This document shows positions 1 through 15,295 of a stretch of 64,000 nucleotides of DNA, piece after piece (position 1 is the first letter of the stretch; each line of letters begins with the position of its first letter). The stretch comes from the human T2T-CHM13v2.0 reference genome, Homo sapiens. The stretch lies in assembly GCF_009914755.1 (NCBI RefSeq), contig NC_060928.1; one strand, given 5' to 3'. The notes under the pieces were generated by a model. The model was not told where the DNA came from, made no database searches, and saw only the letters and a program-made list of their open reading frames with translations. The position numbers were made by a program, and so were the translations under genes.

Positions 1-560
1 CCTCAGGGATCTAGAACTAGAAGTACCATTTGACCCAGCCATCGCATTACTGGGTATATACCCAAAGGATTATAAATCATTCTGCTATAAAGACACATGC
101 ACACATATGTTTATTGCGGCACTATTCACAATAGCAAAGACTTGGAACCAACCCAAATGTCCATCAATGATAGACTGGATTAAGAAAATGTGGCACATAT
201 ACACCATGGAATACTATGCAGCCATAAAAAAGGATGAGTTCATGTCCTTTGTAGGGACACGGATGAAACTGGAAACCATCATTCTCAGCAAACTATCTCA
301 AGGACAAAAAACCAAACACCGCATGTTCTCACTTGTAGGTGGGAATTGAACAATGAGAACACTGGGACACAGGAAGGGGAACATCACACAACAGGGCCTG
401 TTGTGGGATGGGCATCTAGGGGAGAGATAGCATTAGGAGATATACCTAATGTAAATGACGAGTTAATGGGTGCAGCACACCAACATGGCACATGTATACA
501 TATGTAACAAACCTGCATGTTGTGCACATGTACCCTAGAACTTAAAGTATAAAAAAAAAA
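1..560 (+). mobile_element. L1PA (PA4-PA6-like) 3' end: ORF2 C-terminus, 3'UTR and poly(A); continues left of the window
   Basis: ORF 107-349 is the L1 ORF2 C-terminus ([20 protein letters not shown]...). Ends TACCCTAGAACTTAAAGTATA followed by an A run. Confidence 0.95.
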
Positions 561-721
561 GTTTCTTTTTTCCTTGGTTTTCATTTCTATGTTAGTCCCT
601 TCGTTCAGTTGCAATGATGGTCTCAAATGGTAACAGTAGTAACTGCTGTAATGACGGTCTCAAGTAGTAACAATAATAACTGCTGAATGAAGGTCTCAAG
701 TAGTTGTGGCAGTCAGCCACA
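561..721 (-). mobile_element. Fragment of an ERV LTR with ~37-bp internal tandem units, interrupted by the L1PA
   Basis: Terminates GGCAGTCAGCCACA (minus strand TGTGGCTGACTGCC, an LTR-type TG start). Contains three GGTCTCAA-containing units. Confidence 0.5.
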
Positions 722-1950
722 AAATCCCAAAGGCTGGAATGGCTAAGTTGCCCCAACAGCAAAGATGGTGGCCCACCCCGCCTTCTAGGAGCTTCGTCTC
801 AGGGAGGTTTAAACTTCTGTCTGCTGGAGAACACTGGTGGGGGTAACTGGAGACCTCCATCAGGAGGTCTCACCCAGTGAGGAGGAATGGGATTGGAGAC
901 CCACTTTAAAAAGCAGTTGGGCCACATTTTTGTAGAGCAACTGTGCTATACTGGGGGACTGTTTCCATTCCCAGTTGGCTTGGCTTCTCTGAAGCCCAAA
1001 GGCTGGAACAGGTAAATTGTCCAAACACCAAAGATGACAGCCGACCCCTTCTGCTGGGAGCTCTGTCCCAGGGAGGTCTGGAATCTCTGTCAGCCAGAAA
1101 ACATTGGCTGGGGTGGCTGGAGACCCTGGTTGGGAGATCCCACCCAGGGAGGAGGAACAGGATGGGGGACCTACTTAAAAAAAGCAGTCTGGCCACATTT
1201 TCATAGAGCATCTGTGCTGTACTAGAAGCTGCTTCTGCCCTCAGTCAGCTTGGGGTCTCCAAATCCTGAAGGCTGGAATGGCTAAGTTGCCCAAACAGCA
1301 AAGATGGCAGCTCACCCCTTCCACTGGGAGCTCTGTCTCATGGAGGCAAAATGCTGCTACCGGTGGCTGGCTGAAATTCCAAGCTAGCAGGTCTTATCCT
1401 GTGATGTGCCATGATAGTGGGGACTGCATACTGTTGCTGCAGCCCTCAGGACTCAGTCGCTTTTCTAGTGGTATGCACTGGGGTCTAAACTTCCACTTTG
1501 CCAGAGTTGCAGCTACTTTTGCTGGGAAGCTCGGAAAGCCTGGGTATCTAAGGACCCTGGGTCTCTGCGTGTGCCTGAGTGGCTGCTCTGCTGAGACTCC
1601 ATGTAGCTCTGTCTATCATACTAAAGGCCCTGATGGAGTGGGTTCACGAGGGGATCTCCTGACCCCAGGGTTGCAAAGATCTGTGGGAGAAGCCTGCCTT
1701 CCTGGGTTCACACATTCACTCACCACTTCCCTGGGAGGGGACGTTCCCCTGACTCTGTGTCACTCCTGGGTGGGCTGATGTTCTGCCTGGCTTTTCTCCA
1801 TTCTTCGTGGGTCAAGTTATTTTCTTGATTAGTCCAAATGCATGTACCTGGATGTTTCAGTTGAAGGTGCTGTATTTACTCACCCCCTCCATTCCTCTCC
1901 ATGGAGCCACACACATGAGCTGCTTCTAGTTGGCAATCTCGGCCACTCCC
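722..1950 (-). mobile_element. Older primate L1 (L1PA13-16/L1PB-like) 5'UTR
   Basis: Ends GCTGCTTCTAGTTGGCAATCTCGGCCACTCCC, the reverse complement of an L1 5' start with a degenerate AAGATGGC YY1 site. Has ~270-bp internal repeats. Confidence 0.7.
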
Positions 1951-1999
1951 TCTTTCTTAGTTTTATATCAATCTAATCTATTGAGCTCATGATATTTAA

Positions 2000-2190
2000 T
2001 ATATTATCTCATTTAATCTGCACAGTGATCCTATGAGAAAGGCGGATTTTAATGAATTGATTGATTAATTGAATGATTGATTAACTCAAGGCTCCCAGAG
2101 CTGAACTCACTTGTCCAAGGTCACCTACTAGCAAATGTGGGCTATTGTGGGTTGGAATCCATATCAGTCTGATTCTGAACATCATATTAT
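2000..2190 (-). mobile_element. MIR fragment
   Basis: MIR core-like CTTGTCCAAGGTCACCTACTAGCAAATG and CAGTCTGATTC. Confidence 0.55.
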
Positions 2191-3162
2191 TTTCCTTTAC
2201 ATGGCAATCAGATTTTTAGGAGAAGATGGTTTTCATGTGAAGTGCCTGCAGAACTCCAGAGAAATCCAGCAGGCAGTTGGAAATGTAGGCCTGGGTGCTG
2301 AGGAAGAGATACAGATTTGGAAGTCATCTGTGGAAAGGTGAAAGTAAAACTGTGAGAATGGGTGAGGTCATCAATAGAATGCCTGCAAAAGTGACTGAGA
2401 TGAAAGCTGACATCAGGACTTTGGGGAATGCTTCCATGTAAAGGCCAGCTGGAACACTCAGAATTCCTTGGAGAACTGCTAGTGATTTAATCCATGAATG
2501 ATTGAATCACTGAATCCATCATAACCAGTATTATAAAGGATTAAATTTTTTTTATCCCAGTCAAAACTTACTGGGGATTAAAAAATTATTTGAGATGTAC
2601 TTATAGTAAATAAATCTTTACAATTATAGAATCACACAAAACACATTTAGTTACAAATCACATCACAACCAGTGGCATGATAGGATGTTGCAACTGAAAA
2701 TCGCCATGCTAGTGACAAATTTATTTACTCAATATATTATTTCATTAATTAGTTCATGATTCTTTAATTTATCAAGCATTTATTGACTTCATACTCTTTA
2801 AGATAAGAAATCTACATATTGATGAAAAGCAATATTTCAAAAGCACTATTAATTAACAACATACAAACTCTTCTGTACTTTGAAAATGTATAGTTCCCCG
2901 AGACATACCTAACCAGATGTTTGCCTGGCCACAACTCCTAGGAAGGAGAATATGTGATATAAATGTAAGGAAGTTAAACTATATATTATGGACTGAACTG
3001 TGTCCCCTCCCAGATTCATATATTGAAGTCTCAACCCTCAGTAAATTGGTATGTAATTAACTTTGGAGATAAGGCCTTTAAGAAGCTGAAAAAATTAAAA
3101 TGAGGTCATCAGGATGGAGACCTAATACAATACGACTGCTGTCTTTATAAGAGAGAGAACTC

Positions 3163-4010
3163 CTGTAGTTCCACCTTATCTGAGATTTCACTTTCTGAGG
3201 TTTCAGTTACCCATGGTTAATGGCAGTCTGAAAATATTAAATGGAAACTTCCAGAAATAAACATTCCATAACTTTCAAATTACTTGCTGTTCTGAGTAGC
3301 ATGATGAAATCTTCCTCTGTTCTGCCCCATCTTGCTGGGGATGTAAATCATCCCTCTGTTCAGTGTATCCATATTATAGACACTACTCACCCATTAGTCA
3401 CCTAGTGACTGTCGTGGTTAGCACATCAGCTGTGACATGGTTTGGCTGTGTCCCCACCCAAATCCCATCTTGAATTCCCATATGTTTTGAGAGAGACCCA
3501 GTGGGAGGTAATTGAATCATGGGGACAAGACTTTTCCATGCTGTTCTCAAGATAGTGAATAAGTCTATGAGATCTGATAGTTTTATAAGGGGAGTGGGAA
3601 TTCCCTGCACAAGCTCTCTCTTTGCCTGCTGCCATCTATGTAGGACGTGACTTACTCCTCCTCACCTTCCACCATGATTTTGAGGCTTTCCCAGTCATGT
3701 GGAACTGTAAGTCCGCTAAACTTCTTTCTTTTGTAAATTGCCCAGTCTTTGGTGTGTCTTTATCAGCAGTGCGAAAACGGACTAATACGACCTGTCTCAA
3801 TGTGGCAGTGCTTGTGTTCAAATAACCCTTATTTTAATAACGTCCCCAAAGCCCAAGAGTTCCGTGCCTAATTTATAAATTAAATTTCATCATAGGTATG
3901 TATGCATAGAAAAAAACCAGTATGTATAGGTTCGCTACCATTCATGGCTTCAGGCATCCACTGGGGGTCTTAGACCATATCCCCTTATAGATAAGGATAA
4001 GGAGGGACTG
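3163..4010 (+). mobile_element. MER44 (Tigger7-derived) DNA transposon MITE, split by THE1
   Basis: Terminal inverted repeats CTGTAGTTCCACCTTATC ... GATAAGGAGGGACTG. Internal GAAAATATTAAATGGAAACTTCCAGAAATAAAC is typical of MER44. Confidence 0.8.
3433..3789 (+). mobile_element. THE1A/B solo LTR
   Basis: TGACATGGTTTGGCTGTGTCCCCACCCAAAT ... GGACTAATAC. Near-matching 5-bp TSD AGCTG/ACCTG. Confidence 0.92.
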
Positions 4011-7000
4011 TCATACCAGGGGCCCGTGCACAGAAGGGCAACCGTGTGAAGAGGCAGCAGAAGAACTGCTATTTACAAGCCAAGGAGAGAGGCCTCAATG
4101 AAACCAATCTTGTCGGCACCTTAATGTTGGACTTCCCACCTCTAGGACTGTGAGAAAATAAATTTCTATTGTTTAGGCCATCCAGTATGTGATATTTTAT
4201 TATGAGAACCACAGAAAATGATTACACTGTGAAACTAGAAATTTACCTTCAAAGGGGGTTGAGGGGGATTAGGGAGATTTCTAGATTGAGAAGTGTGAGA
4301 CAGATATTGTTTAGATTTTGACAAAATAGACCAGCCTCTTGAAAACTTTAAGCTGAAGTGCAGGCTTTGTGGTTTACTGGGTGGGAGAGAAGGGCAGCAC
4401 CAGGGTCTATTATCAATTTCATTATCTTTGATTATTTAAACAGAGGAAAGATACCTTATTAATATTTGGTTGTGAAACACCTTACCTTTGTGCAGAGACC
4501 CACAAAATAGAGGACATTTAGAAAGACCTTGACTATTCTCTTCTGATTTCATGACCATATCTGTAGTGATAGGCAAGGCTATGCAGAAATAGCGAACATA
4601 CGAAATGCAAACTGGCTACTTTTAGTGTTTCACAAGAACTTGTAAAGATGCCTGAAAAGCACACAAAAAATGCTCCTTTTAGTGTTTTTATGGGGATAGC
4701 TTAAGGTTGTTTTCAAAGTTTTGAGATCCAAATGCAAAGGACTTCACTGTTTTACAAGTGGTTTAATCCCATGGGTAGTGTGGTTATAATCCAGATGAGC
4801 CTCTTGAGGGGCAGAAAGTAGCTGTGCCAATTTTTTTGTGTGTGTTGAAAGGACCATAAAGGAGAAACAGATCATAGTTTGTGGGTTGATAAATAGTTCA
4901 GCACGCACAGCCAGAAGAATGAACCTTACGCACATTGCACAGCTAACCGTATTTTTTTTTGTTTTTGAAGGCAGAAATGAGGGAGAGGAGTTGTGGTTTT
5001 TGTTATTTCTCTGTTACAACCTCTTGCTTAGTGACGTGGCAAGGATAAAAAGGATATGTCGGAATTTAAAATGTGGCATTGAAAGAAAAAATTCAGAATA
5101 TGATAACGATGTAGGTATATGGAGCTTAATTTATTTTTTTCAATTTTCTTTTTAAAGTGAAAAAATTAAAAGTGGGTTCAGAAATTATTGGAAGCAAAAC
5201 TATGGTGGTCCTGTTTAGATGGCATGTGAAAAGAAAACTGAAGTAGAAACAAAAGCTGAAAAGAAAGTTTACTTTGTTTGGGCTGAGTTTTCACTTGACA
5301 GATAACTTAGGTAAGAATCTACTTGCAGAAGGACTCACTCCAAGAGTAAGTGCAGGACAGAGGGATTTTTAGATACTAAAAGTGTACCAGATGCATGCAA
5401 AAGCCTCAGTTATGAAATCTCTGGGGAGTTTATCACACACAGACTGTTTCTCTCCCCTCCTCTCCATTTTTTCTTTTGTTGCATGAGGCATTTATTAATG
5501 ATAAAGGTACACAAACTCACCTATAGACATGATCTTTGTGACTCTGGGGAAAGATCAGTGCTAATATTTTCCTCCCTCTTATCTTTAAGAATTGTCTGTT
5601 CTAAATTGGGTTAAATAATTTTTTTGTAAACTTTCTCACATAAGTGAAAACACTATTTCTTTAAACATCAAAGCCCATTTGAATTAGGTCACTTCATAAT
5701 TTATATTATCAAAAAGATTGTAATTTTTTCCAGATTTTAAGAATTTCCAGATTATTCCAAATTTTATGGGCGAAATTCTGCCCTCAATTATGCACATGCA
5801 ACTAATTGCACACACATAACTGAGGGTAGAGTTTGGCTTTTGGAGCTGAAAATCTCTAAAGTTCTGAATTTTTTTCTTGGAAAAAAACAGACTTTTATCT
5901 AAAAATGTAAACAAAATCTTCAAAATTATTGACATCTTTTTTTGAAAGTTGCTTTCAAGTACTGATTAATAAGTCCACCACATACTGGTGTAATCACTAT
6001 TATCTTTTTTGCAATGAGAAAATAGTCATTCAAATGACTATTATTTGCTTGAAGCCACACAAGCAAGAGAGTGATAGAATTAAGGTTAGCATTTAGCATT
6101 TTAAGTCTATGTGCTGTGATAATAGCTGGAACTATGAATAACCATGTCATAACTTAGTTATATTCTTGATTGTTGTCTCTTTTATTATTCAAAATAATGG
6201 CTTTATTATATATTTTTTCCTGATTATAAAGATAATATTGGAAATAATTTAAACAGTATGGAAAAGTGCAGGGAGTAAGGTAACCACTAGAATTCCGAAC
6301 AGTAAGAGGGGTCATTTATATATTGTTGAATATTCTTCTAGGAGTGTTATCTGACTTTTTCTCTAATTTTATATTGATATAATACTTTACATGTTACTGT
6401 AGCAAACTTTTTCACCAAGGAAGTATTGAAAACGTTTTCAGGTGGAGATATACAGGTACCCTTCTTTTAAGGCCACATAATATTCCATTGCATCAGCAAG
6501 TCTGTTACTTTCACGAGAAGAAATGTGCTTCATTTCCGTAAAGTTAGTCATTATGAACACATTTGTTTTTTATAATTGATAACTGGAACTTGCTTCTCTT
6601 TTAGCTTTGCCAAAGATCTCAGATTTCTACATACTTTGCTCTTGTTTGAAACTATAATTTTGAGTTGCACATTCATAGAATTATACACAGACATGAAAAT
6701 TAAAAATGTCATGGCAATGGAAAATGTGAATAACAGAGGGAAGTAAAATCCTCAGAAAATCTCTAAATGTATTTTGTAAATAGCATCTTATCATTATCCA
6801 ACTTTAGTGTGAGATCTGCTTAAAATGTCCAAATTGATAGGGATTTTTCATTTTATTCTTTTCCTTAACAATTCCTGGGAGATCAGAGTAAGCAGTGGAA
6901 TGGAAAATCTTGGATAATCTTGACTTTGGGTAATCAATTGCTAAACACTCAACATAGAGTGGAGTGTTTATACTTATATGAGTAGCACTTGAAAAATTGA

Positions 7001-7039
7001 CAGATACTCCACACAGGCTCTGTATATTTCCATTTTACC

Positions 7040-8930
<1,891 letters not shown>

Positions 8931-9299
8931 ATTAGTTGTGAGTGGTGGAATTGTAGGTAACTATCTTCAAATTACAATTACAAATATAACAACTAATGAA
9001 AAGACAAGCCCTGAAAACACCAATGAAGAGAGAATATGTCATTCACAATAGATGATGATTAATCCAATTCTATATATATGAGATCGAAAAAAGTAAATAA
9101 AAATTTTAAAAAAAGAAGAACCAGAGTGAAGAGGAAGAACACTGAGATAAGAGGAAACCATGTAAACTAATGTTGTTGGTTTATGAATACTCCTCCTCCT
9201 TAGAAAGTGTTGAGAAAGGAGTGAAGAAGAGGCTACAAATGATGCTATGTTCAAATCTTGATATAAGATTTGTTAAGGATCATGCTAATGTAGAGATAA

Positions 9300-9629
<330 letters not shown>

Positions 9630-11072
9630 AAAAAGAAAATTTTTGGCTTTAAAATATAAAATGTATATATCATTGCCCCATCCCATTAGCTCTTCTGAAA
9701 AATCAGCTGTATTGATTAGCAACTAAAAATGTCAAGGTATATTTAAAAAATATTAAGGACTACTTTAGGGCTTTGAAATAATGAGTTGCTCAAGTCCTCA
9801 TTAAGAAATAGAGCATATATGAAACTATCACAGTTGGTTAGTCAAGAAAGAGAAATGCTTTTGAGTATCTTATTAAGTGAGGTAAATTAGTGTACTTTGT
9901 TTCAATTCATTAACCAAATGTTGAAAAGTAAGGCAAACCACTTTTGGAAGGAATAAAAATTTCCATGAGGACCAGTGGGATAAGGCTCACAAAAATTTAT
10001 TTTGTTGTAAAGGCTGTAGCTACTTATGTCCACTGATTTTTTATGGCAATTATTTGCAGTAAAAGAAAATAATTTAGGGGGCTTATTTTTTAATGTTATT
10101 TAAGATCAGCATTTGATGAAGCAGTTAATGATTGAAAGTAAGAGATTGTAAAGCATATTAGTTTAAATGTTAACCATCAAACAACAGAAAATACTGAGAC
10201 TTGAAAAAAAAAGAAAGTATTTTTTTTTCTTTTTCTTGAGATTTAAAATGTAAGGTGGTTTTAAGTACCATTTGTTGAGGTTTTATGGGACCCCCAAAAA
10301 ATGCCTTCTTTTCCTTTATAAGGATAGACAATGAATCAGTTAGATGGAGATTAAAATGCCAGCTTTATAACTAATCAAAATCTGCTATGAAGCGTGCAAC
10401 TTAGATTTGCATCTACAATTGCCTTCCTAACATTTCACCACCATTAGATGCATGTACTTATTTGGTGTAAGCCACTGTATTGCTGCAGACTCCCTCACAG
10501 GTCAGGATGGTTACCACGTGGCATGGGGCAGACCCGAAGGCTAAGGCCCCTTGGTTAGATGGCTCTGGAAAGAGAGAGAAAGAGGAAAAGGCTGAGGTGA
10601 ACTTGCTCGGTGACATTCACTAGTCAAATCAATTGATTCTTCTCTCATAGGGAGAGGTAAGTAGGGGTAGAAAGGAAGGCTGAGGGTTTCTTTCTAGCCA
10701 AAGTCTCCCCAGATGGAAACAGGAAGAATGGAGAATATTTCTCCCCAACCAAGAACATGATTTACTCATCACATGTGTGTGATCTATTATGTTAATAGCA
10801 ATTATGCCATGTGTTTCGAAATGTGTGTATTACTGGGAAGGGGGGACATAGGGATTATTACATTTCAAAATTTCCACTTCCATTTTTCAGAAAATTACAC
10901 AGAGAGTTGCAAATCAGAAAGACTCATAAATTGTGGGCATACACACTGCTGTGAATTAATGTCCAGGAGTTGATGGCTCGGGCCTGGAGGAAGAAGAGGG
11001 AATGCAGCAGTGCCTTTATTTATGAGCAGAGGCCAGGATACCGCTAAAATCCACTTCTGTTGAAGGCGGCAC

Positions 11073-11089
11073 TGCTGCCATCTGGCGGA
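11073..11089 (-). promoter_or_regulatory. CTCF consensus motif in unique, CpG-retaining sequence
   Basis: Minus strand reads TCCGCCAGATGGCAGCA, matching the CTCF core CC(A/G)CCAG(A/G)(T/G)GGC(A/G)GCA. About ten CpGs in 10970-11215. Confidence 0.7.
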
Positions 11090-13039
11090 CTTCGAAGGAG
11101 AGACCCATAAGGGGAGAAGTCGGTTCAATTCTGGCATCTTGCCGCTACTTTCTAGGTACGGTGTTGGGGCATTTAAAGATAACAGGTCTCGTTCTTTGCC
11201 CTTAGGAAGTCGGGAATTAAACAGGGGAAACAGACCTCACTCAGAAGAATATGGGAAGTTTGGCTCTAATGGGAGGGCCAAGAGATAGTGGAATCCACTA
11301 CCATGAGGAGTGTCAGGAAAAGATTTACAGAAGAGGCAACACCGGTTTGTGTTGGAAGCAAAGATAAGATTCAACAGGGAGAGAAGTAGGCCCTGCTCCA
11401 AACAACTTAATTCCACTGGTTTGTTAAGGGTCTAAAGAAAGTTCCTACTCTTTTTAGAATTAACCTATTTTTTATACTTCTCTTTTATTATCAGGCTCTC
11501 CCAAGTTTATAATTGTGCTAATCCATTGATCAGATGTTTTACTCATCCTAATCAGAAGAAAGGTCTCCCTAGCAATAGAAGTTATGGGTATAGTACAACC
11601 AGCGTGGCATGTCCCTCCCTCAATACCCCACTAGGATATCTCTTATGCTCTGCCCTGAAAAACATGATGAGTCTTAATTTCAGTGAATTTCCTTGGTCTG
11701 TGGTTTACCATAGCATAAACTTTTGAGGTTGAGCTTTACAAATTCAATTTTAATCAGATATTATTTTTCTCCTAAGCAAGCTCTAAATACCACAAATAAA
11801 GCTTTCACCAGTTTAGAAACCATCTATAACTCATAAGTGTAATTAGGTTTAAAATGATGCTGAGATTTCACACTATCCCTGTTCAACACTTATGATTATA
11901 TGTTCTATGCCTCTATTCCCTAAATACTGGTCAGCTGAATATTTCCCTATTAGAAGCTGTGGTGTGTTAAGGACCCAGCAAGTTAAAAAGTAATAACTTT
12001 TGATTTGGCAACAGCACAATAAAATATGGCTAACTGAAACCATTGCCAGCATGAAGCTTGACATATGAAAAATGGTACTTTCAGGTTGCCTATAGTAATG
12101 TACAGAGGTGCTGTTCTGCCTGAATTTCATTTGAATTTCCTGTGGTCGTCAAAATGGGTTTCTTTCAATCTTTGTGTCAGTGGAGGTTGATTTGCGTGGG
12201 ACTTGAGTGGTAAACCTGTCAAACACAACAAAGTTTGTTATTCCATTGGGCCCTGTCATAAAAATCAGTATCTAAAGCTGCCAAACTTAGAGAAATTGGC
12301 TGATTCTGGGGCTAGGGCTTATTGCATAGATTTGGATAATGCCTGCACATATGTTTAAAAAGCCTTTGTTTCAAATATGCTTGTGTTTAAAACTCCTTCA
12401 GCAAAGGATTTGTAACTAAATAAATACAATGGAAAATAAATTTAAACAAAGGTTTTAACTTTATTTATCCACTTAGTGTTTGAAATACTGTATCCTCCAC
12501 TCAAAGCTACATTTTCTTCCACCACAATCTTTCTTTTTTTAAACCCAAGTGTTCTTAACATTAAATTTAGAAGATGTGTAAAGATGATGTACAGGCCAAG
12601 GAAGATGAGAAAGTCTATAAAACCCAGTTAGAAAGTCTAAGGAGGATGAGCTGAGTTGGAAGCAATGCCAGCAGCCAGATCAGCATAGAAACACTAGAGA
12701 AAGAAGATATCGCTTTGAGATGTAACAGACCAACAGTGATGACATCTTCCTGTATTGAGCCACAAAGAGGCAAAATAGTATTCTGGACTTAGGTAGCTGA
12801 CATTTTTCTGCAGAGGTCTGACCTATTCAGATGAGGATGAATAATAATGCCAAATAGCAGAGGCTAGGCCAATGAAAGGCAGGAAACAGGTGTGTTACCT
12901 CAGGCTCAATGTGGCCGGGAATGGCTTATGAAAAGAATGGGATTTAACTTGGTCTTCCCCCCTTCAATTTTTACTTTTTAAGTTATGAAATGCTTTAAGT
13001 ATGGGATTTGGAGGGTGCATAGTGCTTAAGTAGAATAGA

Positions 13040-13280
13040 TATTACTTATCTTAGACTACTGTTTATTAAATACTACAGACACTGTGCTCAAGTGCTTTAT
13101 ATGCATGATCTTACTCATTCCTACAATTTTTCTATGACTTAAATACCAGTTTTTCCTCCAAAATTGCAGATGATACTACATTAGAAAGGTTAAACAAAGT
13201 GCCCAAAGTCATATAGCTGCTGAATGGTGGAGCCTAGACTCAAAGCCAAATTTGTCTGATTCCAAAACCCAAGCTCTTAC
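13040..13280 (-). mobile_element. MIR
   Basis: GCCCAAAGTCATATAGCTG...GTGGAGC...TCTGATTCCAAAACCC core. Confidence 0.7.
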
Positions 13281-13627
13281 TGATATGATTTGACCTGTGT
13301 CCCCATTCAAATTTCACCTCGAATTGTAATAATCCCCACATGTCAAGGGCGGGGTCAGGTGTAGATAATTGAATCACGGAGGTGGTTTTCCTCATACTCT
13401 TCTCGTGGTGGTTGAATACATCTCATGAGATCCGATGGTTTTATAAATGGAGTTCCCCTGGCACAGACTCTTTTGCCTGCCACCATGTAAGATATCCCTT
13501 GCTTTTCCTTTGTCCTCTGCCATGATTGTGAGGCCTCCTGAGCCACGTGGAACTGTGAGTCCATTAAACTTCTTTCCTTTATAAAGGTATCGGGTATGCC
13601 TTTATTAGCAGCACAAGAACAGACACA
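13281..13627 (+). mobile_element. THE1 solo LTR
   Basis: TGATATGATTTGACCTGTGTCCCC start. Exact 5-bp TSD CTTAC at 13276-80 and 13628-32. Confidence 0.92.
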
Positions 13628-13650
13628 CTTACCGTGCACTTATTGCCTGT

Positions 13651-14025
13651 TAATATGGTTTAGCTCTGCCCACACCCGAAATTTCATTTTGAATTGTAAT
13701 CCCCATAATCCCCACGTCAACCGAGAGACCAGGTGGAAGTAATTGAGTCATGGGCGTGGTTTCCCCCATGCTGTTCTTGTGCCAGTGAGTGAGTTCTCAC
13801 GAGATCTTATGGTTTTACAAGTGTTTGGTAGGTCCTCCTGTATTCATTCTCCCTCCTGCTGCCTTGTGAAGAATGTGCCTTGCTTCCCCGTCGCCTTCTG
13901 CCATGATTGTAAGTTTCCTGAGGCTTCCCCAGCCATATGGAACTGTGAGTCAATTAAACCTCTTTTCTTGTAAATTACCCAGTCTCGGGCAGCTCTTTAT
14001 AGCAGTGTGAGAACAGACGAATACA
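13651..14025 (+). mobile_element. THE1D/MSTA-like solo LTR
   Basis: TAATATGGTTTAGCTCTG...GAATTGTAATCCCCATAATCCC...GACGAATACA. Confidence 0.9.
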
Positions 14026-14459
14026 CAGGTATATAGCTAATAATCAATTACCTTCACTTTGTAATAAGACAATGAAGGCTGTAAGACAGTTGTATAAGAT
14101 TATTGTATAAGACAATGAAGCTCAGATATCTTCATTCCTAACATGAAGCATATGCTAGTTTGGAAAGGAATTCACCAAGTGGTAATTGTAAAAACTATTT
14201 AACAGACACAGAATAATGTTTATCATATAACGTTACATGTAAAAATCATATAATAGTGTACATTGGTGTCGACATATGGTATGCATGTAGAAAAAACAAT
14301 GTACACCTATAGACAAAACTCTGAAAGATGAATTTAAATTTAAAGGGAAAATAGTTCTCTTGGAATAGCAAGAGACATAGTTAATTTTCATACGCACTTC
14401 TTCCTTTTCCTACACCTTGCTCTGTGGCCTTCCCCACTTCATTGGGCTGGTTTCTCTAT

Positions 14460-14958
14460 TCCAAGTTTCACAAGGCCAAAATCAAAGTGCCAACAACTGG
14501 GTTCTTATTAGAAGGCTCTCTGGAAAGAACTTGCTGTGAAGCCTACTCAGGTTTTGGCAAAATTGAGTTTCCTGAGTTGGGGTAGGACTGAGACTTCTGT
14601 TTCCTTGTTGGCTGTTAGCTGTGGGCTGCCATTGGCACCTAGAGGCTTCTCTCTGGTCATTGCTATGTAGGTCCTGACATCTCAGGGTCAACAAAAGTAC
14701 AGGTGTTGAATTATGCTTGGAATTTCTCTGACTTCCCCTTATACTAATGTTCTCATTTACCTTCAGCTGGAGAAAGTTCTTTGCTTTAAGGACTCACATG
14801 ATTACATTGGTCTCACTTGGAAAATCCAGGATTCTCTGTTTTCAGGTCTGTGACCTTAATTATATCTGCAAAGTTTTATTTGCCATGAAACTTAATACAT
14901 TCAAATTTTCCAGGGATTAGGGGTAAACATTTGTGGGTGAACATATTACTTACTACCA
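14460..14958 (-). mobile_element. MLT1 (D/E-like) MaLR LTR, partial
   Basis: Reverse-complement MLT1 motifs TGTAGGACTGAG, TTAATTATATCTGCAAAG, CCAGGGATTAGG. Confidence 0.7.
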
Positions 14959-14959
14959 C

Positions 14960-15295
14960 TGGTGATTATGGAGTTCTGGCTAATGAATATAAAACTGAAG
15001 ATGCGTGAGACTTGTGCTAAGTTCCCTTAAAGGAGAGGACTGATACCTTTTTTCTTTCAGTCCCCATTCGGCTGCCTAGAGTACTAGAGCAGCCACCCTT
15101 GAAATATGAAGCAAGGACCACATCCTAGAGATGGTAGATGAGAAAGCTGGAAGGAACTGAACTGAATTATTTTGTGCAGTCAACTAATTAGGCTTCAATT
15201 GCCTGTATCTCTGGGTTTCATTTACATGAGAGAAAATAAACCTCTTATTAAAGTTCCCATTTATTTGAAATTTTTTGTTATATAGTTCACTCCAT
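14960..15295 (+). mobile_element. Old MLT1 (J/K-like) LTR fragment
   Basis: GAGTTCTGGCTAATGAA ... AGCTGGAAGGAAC ... CATGAGAGAAAATAAACC. Confidence 0.5.

Larger units (their letters stand above)
2986..4226 (+). mobile_element. MLT1 (MLT1A/B-like) MaLR LTR, split by MER44 and THE1 insertions
   Basis: Starts TATTATGGACTGAACTGTGTCCCC. After 4010 it resumes CAAGCCAAGGAGAGAGGCCTC...GACTGTGAGAAAATAAATTTCT...ACA. Confidence 0.8.

Noticed and set aside
10380-10560. E-box CCACGTGG and GCGTG motifs as an enhancer
   Set aside because: Isolated short motifs are expected by chance in 64 kb and have no supporting context.
12560-12800. Purine-rich, exon-like stretch (KDDVQAKEDEKVYKTQLESLRRMS)
   Set aside because: The frame is closed by stops after ~25 codons, there are no convincing splice sites, and I recognise no homology.
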